From Actinomycetota bacterium (lineage in GTDB: Bacteria; Actinomycetota; Acidimicrobiia; IMCC26256; PALSA-555): a DNA stretch of 64,000 nt. The position numbers and the translations under genes were made by a program. How positions within the stretch are numbered: the first letter of the stretch is position 1; the number at the start of each line of letters is the position of its first letter. Positions 55,583 through 64,000 of this stretch are shown here, piece by piece. Under the pieces are notes generated by a model that was given only the letters and a program-made list of their open reading frames with translations, made no database searches and was not told the DNA's origin. The stretch spans positions 3,469 to 67,468 of the forward strand of contig VGBI01000001.1 of the NCBI GenBank assembly GCA_016870595.1, given 5' to 3'.

Positions 55583-56290
55583 GTGCCCGTGCTCGTCGCC
55601 CTGTGGTCCCCCAAGGGGGGATCGGGAACGTCCGTCCTCGCCGCCGCCTGCGCCGCCGTGCTGGCCCGGCGGGGTCCGTGCCGGCTCGCCGATCTCGCCG
55701 GTGACCAGCCCGGCATCCTCGGTCTCGCCACCGACCCCGGGACCGGGATCGCCGACTGGCTGGCCACCGGCCCCGACGCTCCGGCCGAGGCCCTCGACCG
55801 GCTCGCGGTCGAGGTGGCGCCGGGGCTGCACCTCGTCCCGACCGGCACCCGCCGGCCCCTTGCCCCCCTCCCGGCGGCCGAGGCGGGCGCCGCGCTCGGC
55901 GCCGCGCTGCGGTCGGCCGACCGCTGCTGCGTGGTCGACGCCGGGCGCGCCGACGACCCCGCCACCCGCATGGTGGTCGAGGTCGCCGACGCTGCGGTCG
56001 TCGTGGTGCGCGGCTGCTACCTCTCCCTGCGCCGGGCGGTGCACGCACCCCTGACCGCGCGGGCGCAGGGGATCGCCTTCGTCGACGAGCCGGGCCGGGC
56101 GCTCGGCCCCGCCGAGGCCCGTGACGTGCTCGACCGCCCGGTGCTCACCGAGGTCCCGGTGCGCCCGGCGATCGCCCGGGCCGTCGACGCCGGCGTCCTC
56201 GCCGTCCGACCGCCCGACGGACTGGCCCGGGCCGCGACGCGTCTGCTCGAGCGCCTCGGCGTCGCCGCGCCGGCGCACGACGGCGCGTGA
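55583..56290 (+). CDS. CpaE/Ssd-like ParA/MinD-family protein with degenerate P-loop
   Basis: 235 aa (GTG 55589 is better spaced from the SD). Has LVALWSPKGGSGTSVLAAA. First gene of the tad-like operon. Confidence 0.7.
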   Translation: MPVLVALWSPKGGSGTSVLAAACAAVLARRGPCRLADLAGDQPGILGLATDPGTGIADWLATGPDAPAEALDRLAVEVAPGLHLVPTGTRRPLAPLPAAEAGAALGAALRSADRCCVVDAGRADDPATRMVVEVADAAVVVVRGCYLSLRRAVHAPLTARAQGIAFVDEPGRALGPAEARDVLDRPVLTEVPVRPAIARAVDAGVLAVRPPDGLARAATRLLERLGVAAPAHDGA

Positions 56291-57483
56291 ACGCAACGGT
56301 GTCGCCGGCCGATGCTGCGCTGAAGCAGCGCGTGCACGGTCGGCTCCTCGCCGATGTCGCGGTGGGCACCGCCGCCCCGGGCCTGTCGCTGCGCGAGGTG
56401 ATCGCCGAGCTGGTGCGCCGGGAGGCTCCCCTGCTCACCGAGCCCCGCCACTGCGCAGTGGTCGAGGAGCTGGTGCACGAGGTCGCCGGCCTCGGGCCCC
56501 TGCAGCCGCTGCTCGCCGATCCGACCGTCACCGAGGTGATGGTCAACGCCGGTCGGTCGGTGTACGTGGAGCGGGCCGGTCGGGTCGAGCCCGTGCCGAT
56601 CACCCTCGATCCGTCGACGACGGTCCGACTGGTCGAGCGCATCATCGGACCGCTCGGTCTCCGCCTCGACCGCGCGGCCCCGGTGGTCGACGCTCGGCTC
56701 CCCGACGGATCGCGACTCCACGCCGTGATCCCCCCGCTCGCCGTCGACGGTCCCTGCCTGACGATCCGGCGGTTCACCGCCGGTGGGGTGGACCTCGGCG
56801 GGTTCGAGGTCAGCGCGGCCCCGGCGGCCTACCTCCGGTGGGCGGTGGCGCACGGCGCGAACGTCGTCGTCTCGGGGAGCACCTCGGCGGGCAAGACCAC
56901 CCTCTGCAACACCCTGGCCGGCGCGGTCCCGCCCACGGAGCGGATCGTGACGATCGAGGAGACCGCCGAGCTCCGGCTCCCGCTGCCCCACGTGATCCGG
57001 CTCGAGGCCCGGCTCCCCAACGCCGAGGGCGCGGGTGGGGTCACGGTCCGCGATCTCGTGCGGGCTGCGCTGCGGATGCGGCCCGACCGGCTCGTGGTCG
57101 GGGAGGTGCGCGGGGGTGAGGCGTTCGATCTGCTCCAGGCGTGCAACACCGGCCACGACGGCTCGCTCACCACGGTGCACGCGAACGGCATCGACGCCGT
57201 CCTCGACCGGCTCACCGGTCTCGTCCTGTCGGCCGACACCGGTCTGCGGGGTCCGGCCGTGCGCGGGCTGATCGCCGAGGCCTTCGATCTCGTGGTCCAC
57301 GTGGCCCGGCGCGACGGCACGCGCCGGGTCCAGGCGATCGGTGAGATCCGACGCGCCGGTGGCGTGGTCCACGTGGTGCCGTTGTTCACCCGGGTCGCCG
57401 GCGACCTGGTGGCGGTCGGACCCCCCACGCGCGCCACCCGACGGCCCGACGTCGGGGCGCCCGACGCGCGGTGGTTCCGGTGA
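56287..57483 (+). CDS. CpaF/TadA-family secretion ATPase
   Basis: 398 aa. Motifs [43 protein letters not shown] and [14 protein letters not shown]. Confidence 0.9.
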   Translation: MNATVSPADAALKQRVHGRLLADVAVGTAAPGLSLREVIAELVRREAPLLTEPRHCAVVEELVHEVAGLGPLQPLLADPTVTEVMVNAGRSVYVERAGRVEPVPITLDPSTTVRLVERIIGPLGLRLDRAAPVVDARLPDGSRLHAVIPPLAVDGPCLTIRRFTAGGVDLGGFEVSAAPAAYLRWAVAHGANVVVSGSTSAGKTTLCNTLAGAVPPTERIVTIEETAELRLPLPHVIRLEARLPNAEGAGGVTVRDLVRAALRMRPDRLVVGEVRGGEAFDLLQACNTGHDGSLTTVHANGIDAVLDRLTGLVLSADTGLRGPAVRGLIAEAFDLVVHVARRDGTRRVQAIGEIRRAGGVVHVVPLFTRVAGDLVAVGPPTRATRRPDVGAPDARWFR

Positions 57484-58343
57484 CCACCGTCCTCGCCGGG
57501 GCGGGGCTCGTGGTCGCACTGGGGCTCGGGCGCGCAGCCTGGCGGGCCCCGGCGCGCGAGCGGGCCCGACGGGCACGCGCGCAGGAGCCCCGGCGGCTCC
57601 CGGCCCGACTGCGCGACCCGTTGGCCCGGGCCCTCACCGAGGCGCAGTGCCCGGTCGGGCCCGAGGACGCCGTGAGCGGCGTGTGCATCGCGGTGCTGGG
57701 AGTGACGTTCCCCGTCGTGGTCCTGGCGTCGGCGCTGGCCCCGGTCGTCTTCGTCACGGCGGTCGCCGCCGGACCGATCTTCCTGGTCAACGCCCGGGCC
57801 CGGGTGCGGCGGCGGTACCTGGTCGACCTGCCCGGCCTGGTCGAGCTGCTGGCCGCTCGGCTGCGCAGCGGGCACACGGTGGTGACCGCGCTCGGCGATG
57901 CCGCCGGGGGCGCCGACCCCGTGGCCTCCGACCTGCGCGGCCTCCTCGCCCGGCACGACCACGGCGAGCCCTTCACCGACGCGCTGGAGTGGTGGGCCCG
58001 GCGTCGGCCCCTCCCGCCGCTGCGGGCGGTCGCGGGCGCGTTGGCGGTCGCGTCGGTCACCGGCGGCGCCGCGGCCGAAGCCCTCGACGGGCTGGCCCGG
58101 TCCTTGCGCGACCAGCTCGGGGCCCAGGCCGAGGCGCTGGCGCAGTCGGCCCAGGCCCGGCTCTCGGCGGTCGTGGTCGGGGCGGCCCCGCTCGGGTACC
58201 TGGCCTTCGCGGCCCTGGTCGACCCCGGCTCGGTCGGGTTGCTGCTCACCACCGGGGTGGGTCGCGTCTGCCTGGTCGTCGGCCTCGCGCTCGACGCCGT
58301 GGCCGTGGTGTGGATGCGCCGCATCGTGCGGAGCGAGCCGTGA
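57471..58343 (+). CDS. TadB-like (type II secretion system F family) membrane protein
   Basis: 290 aa, with position and TM pattern typical of TadB. Alternative GTG at 57480 gives GTGA coupling. Confidence 0.7.
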   Translation: MVPVTTVLAGAGLVVALGLGRAAWRAPARERARRARAQEPRRLPARLRDPLARALTEAQCPVGPEDAVSGVCIAVLGVTFPVVVLASALAPVVFVTAVAAGPIFLVNARARVRRRYLVDLPGLVELLAARLRSGHTVVTALGDAAGGADPVASDLRGLLARHDHGEPFTDALEWWARRRPLPPLRAVAGALAVASVTGGAAAEALDGLARSLRDQLGAQAEALAQSAQARLSAVVVGAAPLGYLAFAALVDPGSVGLLLTTGVGRVCLVVGLALDAVAVVWMRRIVRSEP

Positions 58344-59053
58344 CCGCGCTGCTCCTCGGACTGGGTTGGGGGGCGCTGGTCGCGTGGCCCGTGGTGCACC
58401 GTGCCGTCGGGGCCCGGGCCCGGGCCCGGGGCCGGGCTGTCGGGCTGGACCGGCCCACCCGCACCCGGTCGACCCGCCGCGGCCCGACCGGGATCCGGTG
58501 GACCGGGGCCCGATCGACCCGGCCCGACCCCGGGCCGCGAGCACGGCTGCGCTGGCGCGACCAGCCCGGGCTGCGGGTCGTGGCCGGCCTCCGGACCCGG
58601 CTCCGGCGCCCGGATCGAGCCAGTCTGCGCGGCGCGCCGCTGGCGCTCGACCTGGTGACGATGGCGGGCCGGGCGGGCTGCACGCCCCGCCTCGCGCTCG
58701 GGGTCGGCGCGCGTTGGGGCCCACCCGACGTCGCAACGGCGCTGGCGCGGGTGGAGCGTCGTTGCGCCCTCGGCGCGTCGTTGGCCGATGCGCTCGACGA
58801 GCTCGGCACCGAGATGCCCGCGCTCCGGGGTCTCGCCGATGCGCTTGCGGTGGCCGAACGCAGCGGCGCACCGGTCGGTGACCTCCTCGGCCGGGTGGCC
58901 GACGACCTCCGGGTCGACCTGCGGCGCCGGGCCGACGCCCACGCCCGACGGGTCCCCGTGCGTCTCCTCTTCCCCCTCGTCTTCCTCGCCCTCCCGGCGT
59001 TCGGCCTGCTGACGGTGGTTCCCGCCCTCGTCGCCGGTCTGCGCCAGTCCTGA
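58340..59053 (+). CDS. TadC-like (type II secretion system F family) membrane protein
   Basis: 237 aa from GTG 58340 (GTGA overlap). C-terminus has ...[23 protein letters not shown]...[22 protein letters not shown]. Confidence 0.65.
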   Translation: MTALLLGLGWGALVAWPVVHRAVGARARARGRAVGLDRPTRTRSTRRGPTGIRWTGARSTRPDPGPRARLRWRDQPGLRVVAGLRTRLRRPDRASLRGAPLALDLVTMAGRAGCTPRLALGVGARWGPPDVATALARVERRCALGASLADALDELGTEMPALRGLADALAVAERSGAPVGDLLGRVADDLRVDLRRRADAHARRVPVRLLFPLVFLALPAFGLLTVVPALVAGLRQS

Positions 59054-59127
59054 CGCCTCCCGGGCCGGCGGCGCACCCACGAACGGTGTGCCGTCGAGCA
59101 CGGGGGGCCCGAACCGAGGAGATCACC

Positions 59128-59343
59128 GTGTTCGAACCCGTGACGACGATCCACCGGGCCCTGCGGGCGGTCGCGCGACGCTTCGCGACGCGTGTCGCCG
59201 ACGTGTCCGGCCAGACCACCGCCGAGTACGCCCTCGTGATCCTGGGGGCGGCGGCGATCGGGACGCTGCTCATCGCCTGGGCCACGAAGAGCCACGCCGT
59301 GGGCAAGCTCTTCGACGAGGTGGTGGGGAAGATCCTCCCGTGA
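59128..59343 (+). CDS. Flp-like/DUF4244 small pilin-like protein
   Basis: 71 aa from GTG 59128 (GAGGAG 6 nt upstream). Has [25 protein letters not shown]. Confidence 0.65.
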   Translation: MFEPVTTIHRALRAVARRFATRVADVSGQTTAEYALVILGAAAIGTLLIAWATKSHAVGKLFDEVVGKILP

Positions 59344-59723
59344 CCGAGTCGCTCGGCCGGGCTCCCCGTCGGGGGGAGCCCGGCCAGGCGACGGTCGAGT
59401 TCGCGCTCGTCCTGCCGCTCCTCGTGCTGGCGATGCTGGCGCTCGTGCAGGTCGCGCTGCTGGTCCGCGACCACCTCGCCGTGGTCCAGGCCGCCCGCGA
59501 GGCGGTCCGGGAGGCCAGCGTCGATCCCGACCCGGCCCGGGCGACGGCGGCCGCCCGGCGGATCGTGCCCGCCGCGGACGTCCGGGTCGGCGCACGCCCC
59601 CCGGCCGGCGGCCCGGTCGAGGTGGAGGTGCGCTACCGGGCGGTGACCGACGTGCCGCTCGTGGGCGTGCTGTTCCCCGATCCCGAGTTGCGCGCCCGGG
59701 CCGTCATGCGGGCGGAGCGGTGA
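59340..59723 (+). CDS. TadE-like protein
   Basis: 127 aa. Has [30 protein letters not shown] coupling at both ends. Confidence 0.75.
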   Translation: MTESLGRAPRRGEPGQATVEFALVLPLLVLAMLALVQVALLVRDHLAVVQAAREAVREASVDPDPARATAAARRIVPAADVRVGARPPAGGPVEVEVRYRAVTDVPLVGVLFPDPELRARAVMRAER

Positions 59724-60103
59724 GCGGGCGCCACCGATCCGGGCTCTGCGGCAGCCGGGGCGGCGCAACGGTCGTGCTCCTCGCGGTGTTCGTCGTCGGG
59801 CTGGTCGCCATGGTCGCCGCCGCCCGGCTCGGTGCGGTGATGCTCGCCGACGCGCGAGCGCGGACCGCGGCCGACGCCGCGGCGCTGGCGGGGGCGGGTG
59901 CGCTGGCCCGGGGCGCCGGCGCCGATGCCGCGTGCCGGGTGGCCGCGCGCTTCGCCGACGACAACGGCGCCGATCTGGTCGCGTGCACCGCGACCACGGC
60001 CACGCTGACGGTCGCCGCCACGGTCGCCGTGCCCGGGCTCGGGCGGGTCGCCCGGGCCGAGGCGGCGGCGCAGGTGGACGCCCCCGGGATCCCGGCGCCC
60101 TGA
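59720..60103 (+). CDS. second TadE-like (Rv3654c-type) protein
   Basis: 127 aa. Pattern [27 protein letters not shown]...[15 protein letters not shown]. Confidence 0.65.
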   Translation: MSGRHRSGLCGSRGGATVVLLAVFVVGLVAMVAAARLGAVMLADARARTAADAAALAGAGALARGAGADAACRVAARFADDNGADLVACTATTATLTVAATVAVPGLGRVARAEAAAQVDAPGIPAP

Positions 60104-60958
60104 CCCCTGACCCCGGACCCGACCGCGTCGCTGGTCTGCTGGGGCACGGGCGGGGAAGGTGAGCTCGACCCGCCCGCGGGGACCTTCACCGCGGTCACCG
60201 ACGGTCGCTACCACGCCTGCGCGCTCACTCCCGAGCGGTCCATCGTCTGCTGGGGCTCGAACCTCTCGCCCTACCCGCCCTACCTCACCGACCAGGCCGT
60301 GCCCCCGATCGGCAACGCCTACGCCCAGGTGAGTGCCGGTGGGTTCTTCACCTGCGCGCGCACCGAGGTCGGGGGCATCGTCTGCTGGGGCGGTGACAAC
60401 GGGCCCGAGGGCAGCACCGGGATCGTCACCGGCGCGCCGGTCGGTCCCGGGTTCACCCAGATCGCCGCCGGTGGGTTCCACACGTGCGCCCTCACCGCGT
60501 CGGCCGCGATCACCTGCTGGGGTGGTGACTGGGTCGGTCAGGCGACGCCGCCGGGCGGGACGGGGTGGCGCCTGGTCGCCGCCGGCCGGACCCACTCCTG
60601 CGCGATCGACGCGGCCACCGCGATCGTGTGCTGGGGCGAGAACGGCGACGGGCGGGCCACACCCCCGGCGGGGAGCGGCTGGCAGGCGGTGGTGGCGGGC
60701 TACGCGCACTCGTGCGCGCTCGGACCGACCGGGACCATCACCTGCAAGGGCGACAACACCTTCGGCCAGCGCGACGCGCCGGCCGGCGCCTTCGTCGAGA
60801 TCGCGGCCGGGGCCAACTTCACCCTCGCCCGGGCGGCCGACGGCACCGTGGTCGCCTGGGGTGACGGCTCGGCCGGTCAGACGACCGTCCCGGCGTCGGT
60901 GCAGCCGGTGCCCGCTCCCGAGCCCACGCCGACACCCACGCCGCGCTTCACCGGCTGA
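60104..60958 (+). CDS. RCC1-like seven-blade beta-propeller repeat protein; true start unresolved (first canonical start is GTG 60299)
   Basis: The open frame begins immediately after the TGA of the preceding gene, in the same frame. Blade motifs LVCWG, IVCWG, IVCWG, ITCWG, IVCWG, ITCKG and VVAWG. The first two blades lie upstream of 60299. Confidence 0.7.
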   Translation, partial: PLTPDPTASLVCWGTGGEGELDPPAGTFTAVTDGRYHACALTPERSIVCWGSNLSPYPPYLTDQAVPPIGNAYAQVSAGGFFTCARTEVGGIVCWGGDNGPEGSTGIVTGAPVGPGFTQIAAGGFHTCALTASAAITCWGGDWVGQATPPGGTGWRLVAAGRTHSCAIDAATAIVCWGENGDGRATPPAGSGWQAVVAGYAHSCALGPTGTITCKGDNTFGQRDAPAGAFVEIAAGANFTLARAADGTVVAWGDGSAGQTTVPASVQPVPAPEPTPTPTPRFTG

Positions 60959-61006
60959 CCCCGCTGCGGCCCCGGGGCGGGACGAACGGCCGGGGCGGTG
61001 GGGTGG

Positions 61007-61924
61007 TCAGTGGCTCTGGAGGATCGCGTCGTCGCGGAAGTCGGCGAAGAGGCCCTGGGCCTCGGGTGCGACCGACAGGTTGGTGCCGCCGCCCGAGCCG
61101 GTGGGCAGCAGCACGTTCTTGATCCGGGCCGGGTCGATCGAGAGGGCGAGGCGACCGAGGTCGTACAGCTCGGCCAGGCTCAGCCCATCGGTCTTCACGT
61201 GCCGGGCCACGGTCGCGACGAGCTTGGCCGTCCCGGCGGCGCCCGGTTCCTGGGCCCGCAGGGTCGTGAGCGCGGCGATGATGGCGCGGCCCTGGTTCAC
61301 CGAGCGGCGGCGGTCGCCCTCGGCCGGGTAGCTCTTGCGGTCTCGGGTGTACGCGAGCAGCGACTCGCCGGTCATCTTGTAGTTGCCGGGCTGGAAGTTC
61401 GTGCCCGAGTCGGTGTCGACCATCGGCTCGGTGACGGTGATGTCGACGCCACCGATGGTGTCGACCATGTCGACGAACCCACCGAACCCGGTGGTCATCG
61501 CGTAGGCGATCTCGATCCCCATCATCCGCTCGAGCTGGGTGACGATCGCGGGCAACCCGCCGTACGAGTGGTAGGCGTTGATCTTGTCGCCGCCGGGCGC
61601 CTGGGTGTCGCGCGGGATGTCGATGATGCTGGCGTCGCCGGTGGTCGGGTTCACGCCGATCACGTGGACGGCATCGCCGAGCCCGGGCTCGGGGCGGTTG
61701 CGGTCGCCCGGGTTCGAGTCGTTGCCGAGCACCAGGACGAAGAATGGGGCGTTCGGGGCCGGGGTGAACGTCGCGCCGGCGCTCGTGCGGTGCACGGTGA
61801 ACCACGTGCTCGCCCGGGCGGGCTGGGGGGCACCGAGTCCGAGCCACACGGCGGCGAGGCCACCGGCGAGGAGCAGCCCGGCGAGCGGGACGGCGAGGAG
61901 CAGGCGGACGGCGGGATGTCTCAT
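61007..61924 (-). CDS. LytR-CpsA-Psr (LCP) family protein
   Basis: 305 aa from ATG 61924. N-terminal TM, then FFVLVLGNDS...DAVHVIGVNP...IDIPRD...GGVDITV...YTRDR. Confidence 0.85.
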   Translation of the reverse strand: MRHPAVRLLLAVPLAGLLLAGGLAAVWLGLGAPQPARASTWFTVHRTSAGATFTPAPNAPFFVLVLGNDSNPGDRNRPEPGLGDAVHVIGVNPTTGDASIIDIPRDTQAPGGDKINAYHSYGGLPAIVTQLERMMGIEIAYAMTTGFGGFVDMVDTIGGVDITVTEPMVDTDSGTNFQPGNYKMTGESLLAYTRDRKSYPAEGDRRRSVNQGRAIIAALTTLRAQEPGAAGTAKLVATVARHVKTDGLSLAELYDLGRLALSIDPARIKNVLLPTGSGGGTNLSVAPEAQGLFADFRDDAILQSH

Positions 61925-62613
61925 CGGGCCACCGAGGTCGGAGTGGACGCCGTCGGGGTGGACGGCGCAGTGGAGTCCGCGGTCCCGAGGCCCTTGCCCA
62001 CGCGGTCCACGGTCAGGGCGTACCCGACGATCTTCCACGTGCCGTTGTCGGGTCGGAGCACCAGGTCGCCGGTGCGGGTGATCGTGACCGGACCCTTGGC
62101 GGTCCGGGTCCGGGTCGTGGCGGCCAGGCCGGCGGTGACCACCACCACCTTGCCCGAGCCGTCGGCCAGGCCGGTGAGGACCACCGGCTTGGCCGTCACC
62201 TTCACGGTACCCGTGGCCTTCGGGAGACCCTCGTCGACGAGCACCGTCCGGTCGGTGCCGGCGAGCCGGGCCATGACGGCCGGGGACAGGACCGTCGCGA
62301 GCCGGGCCTCGTCGCCGGGGCGCCCCTTCTGGAGCGGTCGGGCCGCGGCATCGGCGAGGTAGCCGTCGATCGCGGCCATGACCCCGGTGGTGACCTCACC
62401 GGGCAGCGCGTCGGGGCCACCGCCGGTCGCGAAGACGGCGGTCTCGCCCGGTGCGATCTTGACCACGGCCTTCGGTCCGCGCGCCGCGCCGACCGGACCG
62501 GCACCGAGCGTCGTCGCAGCAACGGCGGCGACGACGGCAGCCGCGACCACGGCGACGAGTGCACGGCGGTGCACGCTGCGGCGGACGCGCGACCGGGGGG
62601 GCGGGAACGGCAC
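61921..62613 (-). CDS. secreted/anchored hypothetical protein
   Basis: 230 aa. Signal/TM RRALVAVVAAAVVAAVAATTLGAG. ATGA overlap with the LCP gene. Confidence 0.55.
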   Translation of the reverse strand: MPFPPPRSRVRRSVHRRALVAVVAAAVVAAVAATTLGAGPVGAARGPKAVVKIAPGETAVFATGGGPDALPGEVTTGVMAAIDGYLADAAARPLQKGRPGDEARLATVLSPAVMARLAGTDRTVLVDEGLPKATGTVKVTAKPVVLTGLADGSGKVVVVTAGLAATTRTRTAKGPVTITRTGDLVLRPDNGTWKIVGYALTVDRVGKGLGTADSTAPSTPTASTPTSVAR

Positions 62614-62672
62614 GGGCGTCAGAGTAGGAGTCGTCCTCCGCGAGTTGGCGTCACCGGCGCTAGCGTGCGCAC

Positions 62673-63026
62673 GTGGCGTTCCGCCGAGCCGTGCACCGTC
62701 TGACGACCCCGGTCGACCAGCTCGACCGTGAGGACCTCGCCGAATTCTGTCGTGCGCAGGGCTTCGCGCCGATTGCGGAGATCCGACCCCGCACCCGGGC
62801 CGCGACGGGCGGAGAGGTGCGGTCGACGCGCGTCGTGCCCCGCGCCGGAGCCCCGGCGCTCGAGGTGACGTTCTCCGACGGCAACGGCTCGGCCATCGCG
62901 GTGTTCCTCGGCCGCCGCGCGATCGCGGGGATGACCCCGGGCCGCAAGCTCGCCGTTGCCGGCACCGCGGCCCTCGACGGCCGGATGCCGCTCTTCTACA
63001 ACCCCGACTACACGTTCCTGGAGTAG
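62673..63026 (+). CDS. small OB-fold protein commonly found next to trkA in actinobacteria
   Basis: 117 aa. Pattern ...GEVRSTRVVPRAGAPALEVTFSDGNGSAIAVFLGRRAIAGMTPGRKLAVAG... Confidence 0.6.
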   Translation: MAFRRAVHRLTTPVDQLDREDLAEFCRAQGFAPIAEIRPRTRAATGGEVRSTRVVPRAGAPALEVTFSDGNGSAIAVFLGRRAIAGMTPGRKLAVAGTAALDGRMPLFYNPDYTFLE

Positions 63027-63050
63027 ACCCGCCGCCCGGTGCCCGCCGGC

Positions 63051-63713
63051 CTAGGACCCGGTGAGGATCCGGCGCATCTCGTCCTCGGAGTCGGGCGTCA
63101 CGAGGACGATGACCTCGTCGCGGGCCTCGAACACCGTGTCGCCCCGGGGCATGACCACGTGCTCCCGACGGATGATGGCGACGATGGTGGCGTCGCGGGG
63201 CACCTCGACGTCGCGGATCGCCCGGTCGATCAACGGGGAGTCGTCAGCCAGGGTCACCTCCACCAGGTCGACCTTGCCGCCCTCGAAGTGGAGCAGGCGG
63301 ACGAGGCGCCCGACGGTCACCGCCTCCTCGACCAGCGCGGTGATCAGGTGCGGGGTCGACACCGAGAGGTCCACGCCCCAGTTCTCGTTGAACATCCACT
63401 CGTTCTCGGGATGGTTGACCCGCGCGATCACCCGGGGGACGGCGAACTCCTGCTTGGCGAGCAGCGACACGACGAGGTTGTCCTCGTCGTCGCCGGTGGC
63501 GGCCACCACCACGTCGCAGCGCTCCAGGCCGGCCTCGGCGAGGGACGACACCTCGCAGGCGTCGCCGATGTGCCACTCGACGCCGTCGGCGACCTCGGCC
63601 CGGTCGCGGACCTCGGGCAGCTGCTCGATGAGCAGCACCTCGTGCCCGGTGGCGTGGAGGTCGTTGGCGATGAAGCACCCGACGTTGCCGGCTCCGGCGA
63701 TCGCGACGCGCAT
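63051..63713 (-). CDS. trkA: TrkA-family potassium-uptake NAD-binding protein
   Basis: 220 aa. MRVAIAGAGNVGCFIANDL, then a TrkA-C domain. Confidence 0.9.
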   Translation of the reverse strand: MRVAIAGAGNVGCFIANDLHATGHEVLLIEQLPEVRDRAEVADGVEWHIGDACEVSSLAEAGLERCDVVVAATGDDEDNLVVSLLAKQEFAVPRVIARVNHPENEWMFNENWGVDLSVSTPHLITALVEEAVTVGRLVRLLHFEGGKVDLVEVTLADDSPLIDRAIRDVEVPRDATIVAIIRREHVVMPRGDTVFEARDEVIVLVTPDSEDEMRRILTGS

Positions 63714-64000
63714 CAGTGCACCGGTCCCTCCTCGAGGCGGTGGCGCACCTCGTCGACGGCATCGACGGCGGCCATGAACATGACGATGTCGCCTTCCTGG
63801 CCGACCACCTCCGGGGTGGCGATGCGGGCCTCGCCGAGCCGGGCCACCGCGGTCAGCCGGAAGCGACCGGCCTCGTCGAGGCCCTCGAGCTTCTTGCCCG
63901 CCCAGACCGCAGGGAGGTGGAACTCGACCAGGCACACCCGGCCGCTCGGGTCCGTCCAGTCGTGGGGCTGCTCGCCGCTGGGCAACAGCTGGCGCAGGAC
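63713..64000 (-). CDS. C-terminal part of a second TrkA-family protein (runs off the window)
   Basis: TrkA-C-like ...FHLPAVWAGKKLEGLDEAGRFRLTAVARLGEARI...GDIVMFMA. The frame stays open to position 64000. ATGA overlap with the downstream trkA. Confidence 0.75.
   Translation of the reverse strand, partial: VLRQLLPSGEQPHDWTDPSGRVCLVEFHLPAVWAGKKLEGLDEAGRFRLTAVARLGEARIATPEVVGQEGDIVMFMAAVDAVDEVRHRLEEGPVH

Noticed and set aside
56829-59768. 979-aa minus-strand ORF across the tad locus
   Set aside because: It is antisense to the CpaF, TadB, TadC, Flp and TadE genes and is an Arg/Gly/Pro-rich artefact.
60101-60103. TGA between the TadE-like and RCC1 regions as a selenocysteine codon
   Set aside because: The context (IPAP-TGA-PLTPDP) is a linker, not a redox motif. 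I found no SECIS-like hairpin within about 60 nt downstream. Read-through, reinitiation or a nonsense mutation are more plausible.

Overview
Very GC-rich, gene-dense chromosomal DNA with an actinobacterial-type gene set. No rRNA, CRISPR array or intact prophage was seen. I can support about 70 protein genes, two tRNAs (tRNA-Pro CGG and a tRNA-Sec/selC with a UCA anticodon), one IS481-like fragment at the left edge, and a few promoter-, operator- and terminator-like elements. Blocks from left to right: (i) an acetyl-CoA / ethylmalonyl-CoA-type carbon module (thiolase, ccr, epimerase, carboxyltransferase beta and epsilon, CoA-transferase, MeaA-type B12 mutase, 3-hydroxybutyryl-CoA dehydrogenase); (ii) ask-asd; (iii) a redoxin gene interrupted by one in-frame TGA at the catalytic position, followed by a SECIS-like hairpin; (iv) amidohydrolase, pyruvyl transferase, tRNA-Pro, an orphan receiver, paired ArsA-like ATPases and NfeD; (v) selB-selA; (vi) NUDIX, MBL and Fe-S maintenance genes (mrp, SufR-like regulator, erpA); (vii) a fused 2Fe-2S/mini-molybdopterin protein; (viii) a nitrogen block glnR-glnA2-glnA1-glnE-nadE with a four-site GlnR-type operator; (ix) a sigma factor, a phosphoesterase and a translationally coupled three-gene unit ending in an RDD protein; (x) selC directly upstream of a thiolase/DUF35/LLM operon; (xi) rhomboid, a 15-bp x5 GATC-bearing tandem repeat, a 24-codon ORF and an ssd/tad-like locus (CpaE-CpaF-TadB-TadC-Flp-TadE-TadE). 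The last tad gene is followed in the same frame, across its TGA, by a 7-blade RCC1-like propeller with no canonical start; (xii) LCP and trkA genes. The strongest signal is a selenocysteine-decoding trait (selA, selB, selC) together with a candidate selenoprotein that the ORF track splits in two. Several conserved-domain genes lack an ATG/GTG/TTG start where their conserved N-termini begin. Most long Arg/Pro/Gly-rich ORFs in the six-frame track are antisense or off-frame GC artefacts. All family assignments come from motif recognition by eye; no searches were run.
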